This document shows, one piece after another, positions 24,071-38,061 of a stretch of DNA of 64,000 nt. Each line of letters starts with the position of its first letter. The first letter of the stretch is position 1. The notes under the pieces were generated by a model. The model was not told the DNA's origin and searched no databases. It saw only the letters and a program-made list of their open reading frames with translations. The DNA lies in contig NC_086097.1 in NCBI RefSeq assembly GCF_963921235.1, forward strand, positions 178,996,001 to 179,060,000, in the 5' to 3' direction. The position numbers were made by a program, and so were the translations under genes. The stretch is from Mobula hypostoma. Lineage: Eukaryota.

Positions 24071-25379
24071 TTGTGGTTTCTTATAGTTCCCCACAAGAGA
24101 GTGAGATGTTAGTGGAAGTGTTTCTGGGACAGAGGGGCGTTGGCAGAGAGGATGAAGGTGCTGAGCATGAAAAGGAAGGGGAAAATATTGATGTAAGGGT
24201 AAAGGTGTCACGTACAAAAGCAGCCCAACACCCTCAAAGAGCTTTTACATAAGTACATGAACATGAAGACTATGGATGAGACACAGGAGGAGGGCACTTA
24301 ATATGAATTGGCTCCAAGATCCGCAAAACATTGTGGCTGAACAGGCTGTGCAGTGCTGAACAATGAATGCACAGAAACAGGCCCTTTGGCCCACAGTGTC
24401 TGTGCCAACTTTAATGCCAATCTAACTGGCAGGAGTGATCTTATAGAGGTTTATAAAATCATAGGGGGCATTTCCACCAGGATAGGAAGTCTACAACTAG
24501 AAGGGGTATAATAAGGTGAAAGGGGAAAGATTTAAAAGAGACCTGAGGTGCAAGTTTTTCATACAGAGGGAGAGAGCTGCCAGAAGAAGTGGTAGAGGTG
24601 GGTACAATGACAACATTTAAAAGACATTCAGCCAGCCACATAGATAGCAGAGGGATATGAGCCAATAGGGACTAGCTCAGACAGATATCTTGCTCAGCAT
24701 GGATGAGTTGTGCTGAAGGGCCTGTTTCTGAGCTGTGTAAGTCTAGGATGGTGTCCCTTCCGTAAAGGTCAGGTAAGTGTTCTTTTTCTAGCCTTCTTTG
24801 GTATCTTTTTTCTTCCCAACTTATCCTTTTGAACGTGGCTTGCTTTTCTCTCAAAAATCTGCTGGTGACTTTCTGCCATCACTGCGCTCTTGGGTGTTCT
24901 ATTGTTAGTCTCTCACCCCAGGTAGGATTCCCTCCAGGACTTCTCTTATCATTACCGCTCAGTCACTCCTGTGCTGCACCAGGTCTTTGACACGAACCCT
25001 CACAGTCCCATATTAATTAACTTTGAAAATACTTGTCTCCGTTGACCTCCCCTGACTCACTTCTCTCATGCAGCTTTTTTTTCAAGACTTTTATTTTCAC
25101 CGTGTTGCAGCCAAGATTTTGCCCACATCCAGGAATACAATGACCTAAGAATAATTAGATAGCAAAGAGCACAAGAAGCTGTGAGTGATGATCTTCCAAA
25201 CTGACCCTTTGAAAATAAGAGTCGCTGATAGCCAGATGCTGACAAGGATCTGGGATCATAAGAGGTCATCAGCTCGGGATGTGTTGTGGTGAGTGGGGTT
25301 CAGAGAGTAGGGTATATACTCCTGCAGAGTGGTATTCACCTTGCACAAGAGTGCACACTGGGATGGAAAGACAAAGAAA

Positions 25380-26960
25380 ATGTTTAAGGTGACAGCACAG
25401 CTGGAACACTGTATGCAGTTCTAGTCAGCACATTAGCGGAACGAGGTGTTTAAGCTAAAGAAGATGCAGAACAGATTCAAAAGGGTGTTTCCTGGATTGG
25501 AGAGCTTGAGTTATAAGGAGAGGCTGGATAGTCTGGGACAGTTTTCCTCGATATGTAGAAGGGTGAGGGGTGACCCAAATCGTGCAGTGCAACAAAGGGA
25601 CCAGAAGTACAGGTCCATAATTCCTTGAAAGTGGTATCACAGGTAGATAAGGATTGCAAAGAGAGCTTTTGGCATCTTGTCCTTAATAAATCAGAGCATT
25701 GAGTGCAGAAGCTGGGATGTCATGTTGAAGCTGTGTAAGATGTTGGTGAGGCCAAATTTGGAGTAGTTTGTGCAGTTCTGCTCACTTACATACTGGAAAA
25801 GTATCAATAATCTTGAAAGAGTGCAGAGAAAATTTACAAGAACGTTGCTGGGACTTGAGCACCTGAGTTATAGCGAGAGGTTGAATGGTTTGGATTTAAT
25901 TCCCTGGAGTGCAGGAGAATGAGGGGTGATCTTATAGAGACATACAAAATTATAGGGTGAACGGATGCAGGCTGCTTCCCCTCCAGCTGGGTGAGCATAG
26001 AGTTAGAGGTCATAGGTTAAGGGAGAAAGGTGAAATATTTAAGAAGAATCTGGGGGGAATCTTCTTCAGTCAGGGGGTGGTGCGAGTGATGAACGAGCTG
26101 CCAGTGGAAGTGGGCAATTGTATGCAGGTTCGGTTGTAACAGTTTGGATAGGTACTGTACATGAATGAGAAGGATATGGTCCGGGTGCAGGTAGGTGGCA
26201 GTGGGCAGACCAGGCCAGCACGGACTAGATGGGCAAAGCAGCTGGGTCATTGCTGTAGTACTCTGTCTCTTTGATTCAATGAGGGGATAAACTAGAAATT
26301 GTTGTCTATTTCACATGTACAGTGCATCCATCGCAACAGTGCATTGAGGTAGTGCAAGGGAAAAAAATAACAGCAATGCAGAATAAAGTGTAACAGCTAC
26401 AGAGAAAGTGCAGTGCAGGTACAAGGTCATAATGGGGTAAATTGTGAGGTGAAGAATGTGTCTTATTGCACTAGGGAACCATTCAATAACTGCAGGATAG
26501 AAACTGTTAAAGTGATAGATAAGGTAAATAGTCCCCAGGTGGGGGATTCTAAAACTGGAGGGTGTAGTTTTAAAGTGATGGATAAGTTGAATGGTCATAA
26601 TCCTTTCCTGAGGTAGGGTTATCTAAAACTAGAAGGTGTAGGTTTAAAGTGATAGGTAAGGTCGATGGTCCAAGATAGGGGAATCTAAAACTAGAGGGTG
26701 TAGGTTTAAGGTGACAGAGGAATGATTTAAAGGGGACCAGAGGGACAGTGTTTTCACAGGGAGGATGGTGGGCCCATGGAACAAGCCATGGGAATATAGA
26801 ATATAGTAGAGACTGAACAATTTCAATGTTTAAAAGACATGTGGACAGGTTCATGGATAGGAAGGGTTTAGAGGGATATGGGTCCAATGCAGGTAAATGA
26901 GATTTGCTTAGTGGGCAGCATAATTGGTATGGATGAGTTGGGCTGTATGATTCTATAGCT
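25380..26960 (+). mobile_element. Nested CR1-type LINE fragments with an inserted Rex-type tail
   Basis: Two separate RVQR/FTR..PGL..LSY.ERL segments (near 25450 and 25810) and CR1 tails near 26270 and 26950. Confidence 0.8.
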
Positions 26961-28686
26961 GGTCCTAGATTGCAGGATTTGATCTTGTAAACATGCAGTG
27001 TCAGATATCTCCATTATCCAGTATCTAGGAGCCTAACCAACAAGGCCATAGGGAGCCTTGGTAAAGAGGTTGATCATTATTAATTTGTGGGAGCCCTGGG
27101 GATCTGTGCTGCAATAATAAAATGGACAAACTTGATTGATGTTTAAGCAAAGTTTCAGCAAACAATTGGATAGTTACCTCATTAACACATTTTCCACATT
27201 ACCCTGACTCGTGAAACACCCTGCTAACTTTTCCCAACCTGCAGTAATACAGATCATCCCAGTTTCCCTATGCAGGATTCAGGTATGATTTGTGTACATC
27301 CATCTGAGCATCTGGGAGGTAGGCAGGGCAAATTTGCTGGTTGCTGCAGGGCTCTAGGTATCTCCTGCCAGGCTAGAACTTGGATCATGGCTGTATTTCT
27401 GACTTACGGACGGTTTAGGGGAATGGAATCCTAAGGAAGACTCTCATAATCCTCATAGGGGGTGGGGGGGGGGAGAGATAAAATGTCTGGGGCTGGTGTG
27501 ATCATAATAACACCCCGCCCACCCAAAACATTTTCTCTTCTCCCTCCCATCGAGCAGAAGATACAAAAGTCTGAAAGCATGTACCACCAGACTCAAGGAC
27601 AGCCTCTATCCCACTGTTATAAGACTATTGAAATGTCCCTGTTACAATAGGATGGACTCTTGGTCTCATAGTCTACCTCACTATGCCCTTGCACCTTATT
27701 ATCTGCCAGCACCGCACTTTCTCTGTAACTGTAACACTTTATTCTGCCTTCCGTTATTACTTTCCCTTGTACTACCTCAATGCACTGTTGTCTGGCCGGC
27801 ATGCATAACGAAGTTTATTCGTTGTAACCCAGTATATGTGACAATAATAAACCTTTTTACCTGTACTTAGCTTCACCACAACCTCCCAAGGGAGGTTCGA
27901 ATCAGGTGCGCACTGCCTGATGGCTGAGGCAGAAAACTCATTGTCATTTAAGAAGTTCCCTGAGGAGAACTTGAATTCCCAAGGGACAGAAAGCTGTGGA
28001 ACAAGTGCTGTTAAATGGGATTAGTATGAACGGGTACTTGATGGTCAGCATGGATATGGTGGGCTGAATGGTCTGTTTCCGTGCTGAGAGACTTTATGAC
28101 TGTGATCACAGTCACCAATTATCTCAGTACTGGGAGCCTGCATTCCCATCGAGGGTTAGGATAGAGGTACAAGGTACAAACAGAAACATCTGCAGATGCT
28201 GAAAATCTGAAATAAAAGCAGACTTGGCCACACAAGTAGTTACAGTGGTAAAGAAGGTTTGGGTATAGTTGCTTTCATGGCTTGTTGCATGGAGTATAAT
28301 AGGAAGCAATGTTGCAGCGGTAGAAAACACATTTCACATCACATAAGTAATTATTAATAAATCTGATTATTAATTTGCTTTGGAGAGGGTACCGGAGGTT
28401 TACCAGGATGCTGCCTGAATCAGAGTGTAGGAACTATAAGGAGAGGCTTAGATAGGATATAGAACATAGATCAGTACACCACAGCGCAGGCCTTTCAGCC
28501 CATGATGTTGTGCCAACCGTTTAACCTTCTCCAAGATCAATCTAACCCTTCTCTTTTTTACACAACTTATCTTAATTTAATTATTTAATATACATGTACT
28601 TAACTGTAATTCAGATTTTTTTGGGTTTATTTATCATGTATTGTATTGTACTGCTGCCTCAAAGTTAACAAATTTCATAACGTATA

Positions 28687-30306
28687 CAGTGGCATGCAAA
28701 AGTTTGGGCACCCTTGGTCAAAATTTCTGTTACTGTGAATAGTTAAGTGAATAGAAGAGGAACCGATCTCCAAAAGTCATAAAGCTAAAGATGAAACATT
28801 CTTTTCAATATTTTAAGCAAGATTAGTGTATTATGTTTGTTTTGTACAATTTTAGAGTGAAAAGAAGGAAAGGAGCACCATTCAAAAGTTTGGGCACCCC
28901 AAGAGATTTGAGCTCTCAGATAACTTTTACCAAGGTCTCAAACCTTAATTAGCTTGTTAGGGCTATGGCTTGTTCACAGTCATCGTTAGGAAAGGCCAGG
29001 TGATGCAAACTTCAAAGCTTTACAAATACCCTGACTCCTCAAACCTTGTCCCAACAATCAGCAGCCATGGGCTCCTCTAAGCAGCTGCCTAGCACTCTGA
29101 AAATTAAAATAAATGATGCCCACAAAGCAGGAGAAGGCTATAAGAAGATAGCAAAGCGTTTTCAGGTTGCTGTTTCCTCAGTTCACAATGTAATTAAAAA
29201 ATGGCAGTTAACAGGAATGGTGGAGGTCAAGTTGAGGTCTGGAAGACCAAGAAAACTTTCCGAGAGAACTGCTCGTAGGATTGCTAGAAAAGCAAATCAA
29301 AACCCGCTTTTGACTGCAAAAGACCTTCAGGAAGATGTAGCAAACTCTGGAGTGGCGGTGCACTGTTCTACTGTGCAGCGACACCTGCACAAATATGACC
29401 TTTATGGAAGAGTCATCAGAAGAAAACCTTTCCTGTGTCCTCACCACAAAATTCAGCATCAGAAGTTTGCAAAACATCTAAACAAGCCTGATGCATTTTG
29501 GAAACAAGTCCTGTGGACTGATGAAGTTAAAACAGAACTTTTTGGCCGCCATGAGCAAAGGTATGTTTGGAGAAAAAAGGGTGCAGAGTTTCATGAAAAG
29601 AACATCTCTCCAACTGTTAAGCATAGGGGTGGATCGATCATGCTTTGGACTTGTGTTGCAGCTAGTGGTACAGGGAACATTTCACTAGCAGAGGGAAGAA
29701 TGAATTCAATTAAACACCGGCAAATTCTGGAAGCAAACATCACACCATCTGTAAAAAAGCTGAAGATGAAAAGAGGATGGCTTCTACAACAGGATGATGA
29801 TCCTAAACACACCTCAAAATCCACAATGGACTACCTCAAGAGGCACAAGCTGAAGGTTTTGCCATGGCCCTCACAGTCCCCTGACCTAAACATCATTGAA
29901 AATGTGTGGGTAGACCTCAAAAGAGCAGTGCATGCAAGACGGCCCAAGAATCTCGCAGAACTAGAAGCCTCTTGCAAGGAAGAATGGGCAAAAATCCCCC
30001 AAACAAGAATTGAAAGACTCCTAGCTGGCTGCAGAAAGCATTTATAAGCTATGATACTTGCCAAAGGGGGTGTTACTAAGTACTGACCATACAGGGTGCC
30101 CAAACTTTTGCTTTGGGCCCTTTTCCTTCTTTGTTATTTTGAAACTGTAAAAGATGGAAATAAAGAAAGTAATCTTGCTTAAAATATTAAAGAAATGTGT
30201 CAACTTTAACTTTATGCCTTTTGGAAATCAGATCATCTTTTACTGTCTTCGCTATTCACAGTAACAGAAATTTTGACCGGGGTGCCCGAACTTTTACATG
30301 CCACTG
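28687..30306 (+). mobile_element. Full-length Tc1 (DD34E) DNA transposon with ~214-bp IR/DR ends, 1620 bp
   Basis: TA|CAGTGGCATG...CATGCCACTG|TA. The 17-mer caaaagtttgggcaccc occurs at 28697 and 28883, inverted at 30094-30110, and with 2 mismatches near the right end. Confidence 0.97.
29067..30086 (+). pseudogene. Tc1 transposase with a late premature stop
   Basis: gccATGG start at 29067; GRPRK linker; WTDE, QQDDDPKH and SPDLNIIE give DD34E spacing (counted). In-frame TAA at 30045-30047 is followed by AMILAKGGVTKY-TGA (30086). Confidence 0.93.
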
Positions 30307-32889
30307 TACTGGTGATATTAAACGTGAATCTGATTCTGATTCCAATTCTGATTCCCTCCCACATAGCCCTCCATTTCTCTTTCATCCATGTGCCTTCTAA
30401 ATGCCCGGACTATACCTGCCTCTGCCAAGCTCCTGACAGTATGTTCCACACACCCAAGGTGTAAAAAACATAACCTCTGCCCCACCTCCAGTCATTAAAA
30501 TTATGCTGTCCTGTACAGTATTAGCCATTCCTGCTCTGGGAGAAAGGCACTGGATGTCCACTCTTTACATCTTATTCTCAGGATAGGTATGCTCAGGAGG
30601 GGTAGATTTAGAATGCTTTTCCCAAATGCTAATGGACATACGTTTAAGGTGAGAAGGGTAAATTTTAAAGGAGATGTCCAGACCAAGTTTTTTTCACACA
30701 GAGAGTAGTGGGGGCTGAGAATGGACTGCCAGGGGAGGTGGTGGAGGCATATATAGTAGTGTTTAAGTTGCTGTTAGACTCATGAATATGCAAGCGAATG
30801 GAGGGATGTGGATCGTGCACAAGCTGAAAAGATGTACTTTAATTTGGCGTCATGATTAGCACAGACATGGTGGGCTGAAGGGCCTATTCCTGTACTGTAC
30901 TTTGTTCTAAAATGGCAGAAACGCTCAGCTGGTCAGACAGCATCTGTGGAGAGTGCCGGTTAGTATTTCGGGTCAGTGGCCATCCCTCATCTGTAATGAG
31001 GGAACAGATTCTAAAGGTCTTTACTTACTCTAGATATGTTGTTATTAACATAGCTTGTCTTCACTCCCTTTGGTTCCAGCCACTATTAAACCCCATCCCA
31101 TTGACACATGTGCCAACATTTCATTTTCCATTCTAATCTTTATTCCTGCTGCTCCCGTAAAAACGTGTGTAATAAATTCATATTAGGGTGGAAGAACTGG
31201 GTCTGTGGAGCAAGTGTTCTTTCACTGGGAAAACTGGTTGGATTATAGATGGAAATTGGGACACGGTGCTCCTGTTAATGATGTTCTCTGTAACACAGAG
31301 CGTCCGCATGCCTTTGCCTGACCGGGGCAGCTGGTATCTTTGTTGGTGAACACTCTGGAGAGATTGCTTTTGTTCTGTTTTATTAGTCTGGGACGTTAAA
31401 CCTGCCCAGATGGTGGAATGTGCCAGAAATTCGCACAGTCACATTGTGAAAGTGTTTGCAATTTAAAGAGGGAAGAAGCGGGCGAGGTAATACTGGCACT
31501 CTGTGTGTGATTCACGGCTGCAGAGTGGGGAGGTGAGGAGTGGAGAGTGGGTCCGGTCCTCCCTACCTTACCTCATGCACCATATGAGGGGGGGCATCAG
31601 ATCATTAAGCTCACCGACCCCTCCCTGCCCTTTGCAAACAGCAGGAGTGGATCTGCTTCACCCAGCAAGATCCGTTTAAGAATTCCTCAGTGTGTCTATA
31701 ATTAATCCTGCTGCAGTTCAAGGAAAAAGGGGGTGAGCAAGGCACAGAGAGCAGAGTAGGAGGGAGGGCAGAGAGGGGTGAGATATGGAGGGGCATAGGA
31801 CAAGGAGTGGGAGGGAGCATGGAGACTGGGGCAGATGATAGAATCCTAGAGTCATAGACCAGTACAGTACTGATATCAGAACCAGGCACTAGTTCCAAGC
31901 CTTGGCCCTTCCTCAATAGATTAACAAGTTATCCTTTCCTATATATTTATCCATTTTTTTTTTTCTTGTCTTCCACAATGGGACTTGGCTCCACCACATC
32001 TGCAGGCAGTGTTTTCCTGACTCCAACTACTTGTTGCGAGAAGAAATCATCTCCTTATCTCAACACACACACAAATGCTGGAAGAACTCAACATTTTGTG
32101 TGTGTTGTTCAGGATAACAGAGCATCTACAGAATCTTTTGTGTTTATCACCATACTCACTTTGAAATCTCTTCCCCTTTCTACCTGTAACCTTTCATCTT
32201 GGATCCCTGGACCTCCTATCAAGTCCACTCTGACAAATCCCTCCACATTGTATACACTTCCATCAAATCTCCCCTCAGCCCTCTACAGCTGGTCATTGGT
32301 TATTATTGTCACATGTACTGCAATACAGTGAAAAACTTCAGTGTGCCATCCAGGCAGATTATTTCATCACATCAATACATTGAGATAGTACAAGGGAAAG
32401 CAATAACAATGCAGAATAAAGTGTCACAAGTGGAAGTATAGTGCAGATAGACCATGGCAAGGCCATAAGGAAAAAGATTATGCGGTTAGGAGTCCATCTT
32501 ATCACAGTAGGGGACCATTCAATAGTCTTTAACCGTGGGATAGAAGCTGAGCTTGAGGCTGATGATATTGCATTCAGGCTTTCGTATCTTCACTTGAATG
32601 GGAGAAGGGAAAATGCCTGGGTGGTCTGTGTGCTGATGTACCCTCATCCCAAGATCCACTCTAATAAATCCCCAGGACCCTTTCTAGTACTCTGGAAAGC
32701 AGAAACAGCAAGGATTAAGTCATTTCTCCATCAGAGACACCAGTCCTCATTCCTGAACGTACACAAATGCTGGACACTAGGAGAAGAACCAGGAGACGGA
32801 AAGAGATTTTTCCCCGGATGGGGCTGGCCATTCTGATTTGGAAACCCTGCATGAAAGTGGAAGCAGTAGAACATCACTGTGTGCCAAAG

Positions 32890-33880
32890 GAGAATCAGAA
32901 ACAGGTGTAATTTGTGGCAGCAGTATAATGCAATGCATAGTAATAAAAACTATAAATTACAACAAAAAGTACTGTATATAAAAACTAAATAAAATAATCA
33001 GAAGAAAAAGAGAAGAAAAATTACTGAGGAAGTGTTCATAGATTCATTGTCCATTCAGAAATCTGATGGTGGAGGAGAAGAAGCTATTCTCGAGTGTTTG
33101 TCCTCAGGTTCCCCTACCTCTTCCTTGATGGTAGTAATGAGAAGGGGATGATGGCATCCTTAATGATGGATGCCACCTTTTTGAGGCATCGCCTTTTGAA
33201 GGTATCCTAGATGCTGGAGAGGCTAGTGCCAATGATAAAGCTGGCAGAGTTTACAACTTTAAACAACTTTTTCCAATCCTGTGCAGTGGCCCCTCCTTAC
33301 CAGATGGTGATGCCACCAATTAGAATGCTCTCCGCGGTACATCTGTAGACATTTGCGAGCATCTTTGGTGACATCCGAATTCTCTTCAGTCTCCTAATGA
33401 AATGTAGCTGCTGCCGTGCCTTTGTAATTGCATCAATATGTTGTGACTGAGAGATCCTCAGAGATGTTGACACCCAGGAACTTAAAACTGCTCACCCTTT
33501 CCATTGCTTCTCCCTCGAATTACTTTTCCTGAAGTCTAGGATCAATTCCTTGGTCTTGTTGACGTTGAGTGCAAGGTTGTTGCAGCAAGATCACTCAACC
33601 AATTGATCTGCCTTGTCCCTGTATGTCTCCTCATCACAGTCTGAAATTCTGCCAACAATAGTTGTGTCTTTGGCAAACTTACAGATAGTGTCTGGCCACA
33701 CGGTTGTGTGTGTAGAGATAGCAGAGCAGTGGCCTATGCACACATCCTTGAGGTGCGCCGTTGTTTGAGTGTCAGTGAGGAGGAGATGTCATTTCCGATC
33801 TGCAGAGACTGATCTCCCAGTGAGGAAGTCTCCGGGTCCAGTTGCTCGAGGTTAGAGCTTTGTGATTGGAACTGAGGGTG
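32890..33880 (-). mobile_element. Rex1/Babar-type LINE, decayed RT and 3' end
   Basis: Minus strand reads ICKFAKDTTIVGRISDCDEETYR...NNLALNVNKTKELI.DFRK, ending in a ctgattct tail. Confidence 0.85.
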
Positions 33881-34059
33881 CAGCCCACATCTCTGCCAGC
33901 ACTTTGAAGGGCCCTCTCTCCGCTCTCTTCCTGCAGCCCTACAAATCCATGCGAGGATTCATTTAGAAAGTTCCCATTGAACTTTTCACCTCCCTTGTAG
34001 GTGTGACCCAGGTTTCATATTATATAAACTTTCTCATCTCCACACGCTATCCAGTCTAC

Positions 34060-34370
34060 ATATACAGGCTCCTCCCAGTCTCCACCCAGCTAATAGGAGT
34101 CATTCGCCACTCATTTCCACTCATCACCAGCAGCCTATTCAAACGCAGCGCTCATCAACAATCTTTGTTCACATATGAACCAGCCAACCTCAGCTGAACT
34201 CCTAGTCTTCAGTTACCTTGTTACCTGTGAACAGTTTAGTATCTGTTCTCTCTTATTTTTCAGCCCCTCATGGCTTGTTATTTTGCAGTGTATTATTAAA
34301 GTTATCACTCATCACTGAGTTGGTTCTGCTGCCCTGCTCTTGGGCCAAGCCTCCTCTACATTTCCTGACA
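34060..34370 (+). repeat. 5' LTR of the Gypsy element (left boundary uncertain)
   Basis: caggctcctcccagt.tccacccagct...aagcctcctctacatttcctgaca shared with 38062-38354. Confidence 0.85.
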
Positions 34371-37300
34371 GCATCAGTGAAACAGCAGGGTTTGCTCGCT
34401 TAAAGGAGGTTGTTCTTCGACACGAGCACACGATCCAGAAGTTGCAAGAAACCATTGACAATCTGCTTGTCACTCTCTTCCTGCTCTTCATCTTGCTGCA
34501 GCAACCCTGTGACAATCAGCTTCCTCCCTCTGAGCCCCAAATTTCAGTGCCCCAATGATTTGATGGATCCCCAACCCAATGCCGCAACTTCCTGTCCCAG
34601 TGCGTCTTACGTTTCGAGCTCCAGCCGTCTCTGTATGCTACTGACCAAGCCAAGATTGCATTCATCATCTCCCTGTTGATTGGGCAAGCTGTGACCTGGG
34701 CCACCACAAACTGGCCCAATAAAACCAGCACCTACAATAAATATGAGGAATTCACTGCTGAGATGCGTTGGGTTTTCAACCATCTAGGAAATGAAAGGGG
34801 GGCAGCTGATTGAATACTTGGCTTGTGTAAAGGCTCACCCTTAGGGAGGGGTTACATGGTGGAATTCAGGACCCTCACAGCAGAGTGCGGCTGGAATGCA
34901 GAAGCACTGCTGGCACATTACCGTCACGGCCTCTCGGAGCGCTTGAAAGACGAATTGTCTACCCAGGGGAAACACACCGACCTCGAAATCCTCAGAACTC
35001 TGGCCCTCTGAATTCACTAGCATCTCATGGAACAGCACTCCAGAACCTCCGTTCAATTCACAGAACAATTTCAGGCTGCAGGACCATCATTATCAATGTC
35101 TCCAGAGCCCATGCAGTTAGAAGGGGCACCCTTAACTCTCCCAAGAGTGTGAGCATCGGTGGAGAATTAACTTGTGCCGATCACCCATGCATGAAAAACC
35201 CACTGTGTCTGGGAAGTGGCACCTCCAGGTATAGAGAGCTGGCCTATCTGGTAATATCTACACGGCTCCTCGTTCCACCACCGTAGCCCAACTCTCTCTC
35301 TCTCTCTCTCTCTCGCTCTGCCCGACAGCTCTACACACACAGGATGCTCTGGTGGGTTCCAGCTCAGCAGACAGCTTTCTGGACCAGCCGCCGTGTGTGC
35401 AGTTTGAACTCCCTACCAAGCCTATCTCTTACCCCTTCTGTATCATGGCCATTGATGGGTATTCCTTGGGATCTGGGATGTTCAGAGCGCACACATGAGC
35501 ACTGGAGAACACTGCAAGCCCATCAGGTTCCTCCTGACTGACTCGCCCAGTACTCCTCACATCTTGGCATACCCCTGGCAATCTACTCACGACCTCATTT
35601 TACCTGGTCATCCAATTCTCTGCTGAGTTGGAGACCACCTGAATGAAACCTCAGTTGACCTCACCCCATAAATCCATGGAGATGGAGGAAACCCTTGACC
35701 TCAGTGAAGTCCCACAAGAATACCATGACTTAGCCATATCTTCCAGTAAACAGGAGGACACAACATGCTGCCTCACAGGCCACACACGACTATGTAATTG
35801 ACCTCCTCCCGGCTGCACCACCCCCCCCCCCGAAGCTGTCTGTTCTCTCTCCCCTCCTGAGCCTCAAGCCATGAATGACTACATCACTGAAGCATTACAG
35901 TATGGCTTCTTTTGACTGTCCTAGTCTCTCGCCAGTGCAGGATTCTTCTTTGTCAAGGAGAAGAATGGGGGTCTCTGTCCCTGCATCGACTACTGTGGGT
36001 TCAACAAAATCACCATTGAGAACAGCTACCCTCCCCACTTGATGGATAGCACATTCAAATCACTCCACGAGGCCCGGATTGTCACCAGACTAGATCTGTG
36101 GAGTGCATACAACCTGATCCACATCTGCCAGGTGGATGAGTGGAAGACAGCATTCATAACACCCACTGGCCATTACAAATAATTGGTGATGCCTTTCCAA
36201 TTTTTCAACTGTCCAGTCATTTTCCAAGTCTTCATCAACGAGACCCACCAAGATATGCTGCACAGGTAGGTATGTGTTCATCTACTTCAACAACATCCTC
36301 ATCTTCTCCAAGGCCCCCCAAGATCACATCCTTCAGCGTCTCCTCAAGAAACAACTGTACTGCAAGTTAGAAAAATGCCAGTTCCTCTCCCCAGTTATTT
36401 CCTTCCTGGGTTACGTCGGTTTACCCCAAGACATAACCATGGACCCTGAGAAAGTGTGTGTCATCATTGCGTGGCCCTGACTATACTCCCTCAAACATCT
36501 GCAATGCTTCTCGGCCTTCTCCAACTACTCCTGGTGGTTCATCAGATACTACAGCCAATTTGCGATCCTCTCACCTCCCTCACCCAGTCGTCTGCCTCAC
36601 AGATACCTTTGTCTGCTGCCACAGATCACGCCTTCAAGGAGCTGGAGGCAGTTCACTACTCTCCACCGTACGAACCCCTCCGGACCTTTTGTGGTAGAGG
36701 TGGATGTGTCTGGTGTGGGCACTGGGGCCATTCTCTCCCAGCGAGGACTGGATGGGAGGACACACCCTTGTGCTTCCTTCTCGCGCAAATTCAACTGTAT
36801 GCAGTGCCAGTATGGAGTAGGGGCCAGGGAGCTACTTGCCATTAAATGGGCCTTGGAGGATTGGAGACATTGACTGATGGGAAACACAGAGCCCTCTCTG
36901 ATCTGGACTGACCACCAGAACCTCATATCCATACAACAGACCTGCCAACTCAATCCACGTCAGGCTCGCTGGGCCCTCTTCTTCCAACGATTCAACTTCA
37001 CCATCTCCTGCTGACCCAGCTCCGAGAACACCAAGGCGAAGGCCCGGTCACGACAATTAGACCCAGCTGAAACAGAGACTAACCCTCAGTCCTTCATTCT
37101 GTCCTCCCAGATCCTCACCCCAATCGTCTGGGACATTGAGCACCGGATCCACTAGGCCCTACAGCGCAAGCCAGCTCCAGACCTCTCACCTGGCAACCAC
37201 ACATATGTGCCACTTGAGGTACTCCAGTGGGCCTGCTTCTCATTCCTCTCTGACCATCCCTGTGCAGGTGGACTTTCTGTGATGTTGGTTCTGGTGACCC

Positions 37301-38061
37301 ACCATGATTGCGGATGTATATCAATTTGTTGCTGCCTGCCCTCAAAGTATCCAGTCCAGTTCCTCCAACCAGCAGCCCTCTGAGCTAGTGCCGACCGCGC
37401 TGGTCCCTCAAAGCCCATGGTCCCACATTACCATAGATTTCATCATGGGTTTGCCACTTTCCGATGGGGCCACAGTGGTCATGACAGTGATGGACAGGTT
37501 CTCGAAGGCAGTTCGCTTCATTGCTCTCTCCAAACTTCCGTCAGCCACTGAGACTATGGACCTGGTTCCCAAACATGCAGTTCGTCACCACGGCTCCCCC
37601 CAGAACATTGTATCAGACCAGGGCCCACAATTATCTCCTGTGTCTGGTGATCCTTCTGTTCCCTCCTCCGCACCTCAGTGAGTTTGTCCTCTGGCTATTA
37701 TTCGCAGACCAATGAACAGTCATGGTTATCCATGGCATCAATCCAGTCACTTATCTTCTCCAGCTGCCAACATCCCTCAGGATCACACCTACGTTCCACA
37801 TGTCCGGCCACAAGCCTGTTGCCCATGGACCACTCAATCCAGCTGAGCTGCATCTCCACAACCTAGGATGCCCAGTGTACGTGGTACGCCAGTTGATGTA
37901 TTCACATCTTAATGGACTGAATATGTAGTACCTGGGAAGCTACAGCACAGAGGAGAGATCTTGGGTGCCATCTAGTTCCATCTTGTGCTCATTGAGGTGT
38001 TCCACTGGACAAACCCACATCATCCTGGGCCACCGGGGGGGCAGCCGTGGGGGTGAGGTGC

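Noticed and set aside
21798..24096. S/L/P/F-rich and E/R-rich ORFs of about 80-230 aa
   Set aside because: Translations of GA/CT low-complexity DNA.
34370..35130. Domesticated PEG10/RTL1-like gag gene
   Set aside because: In-frame stops and frameshifts, and LTRs still present.
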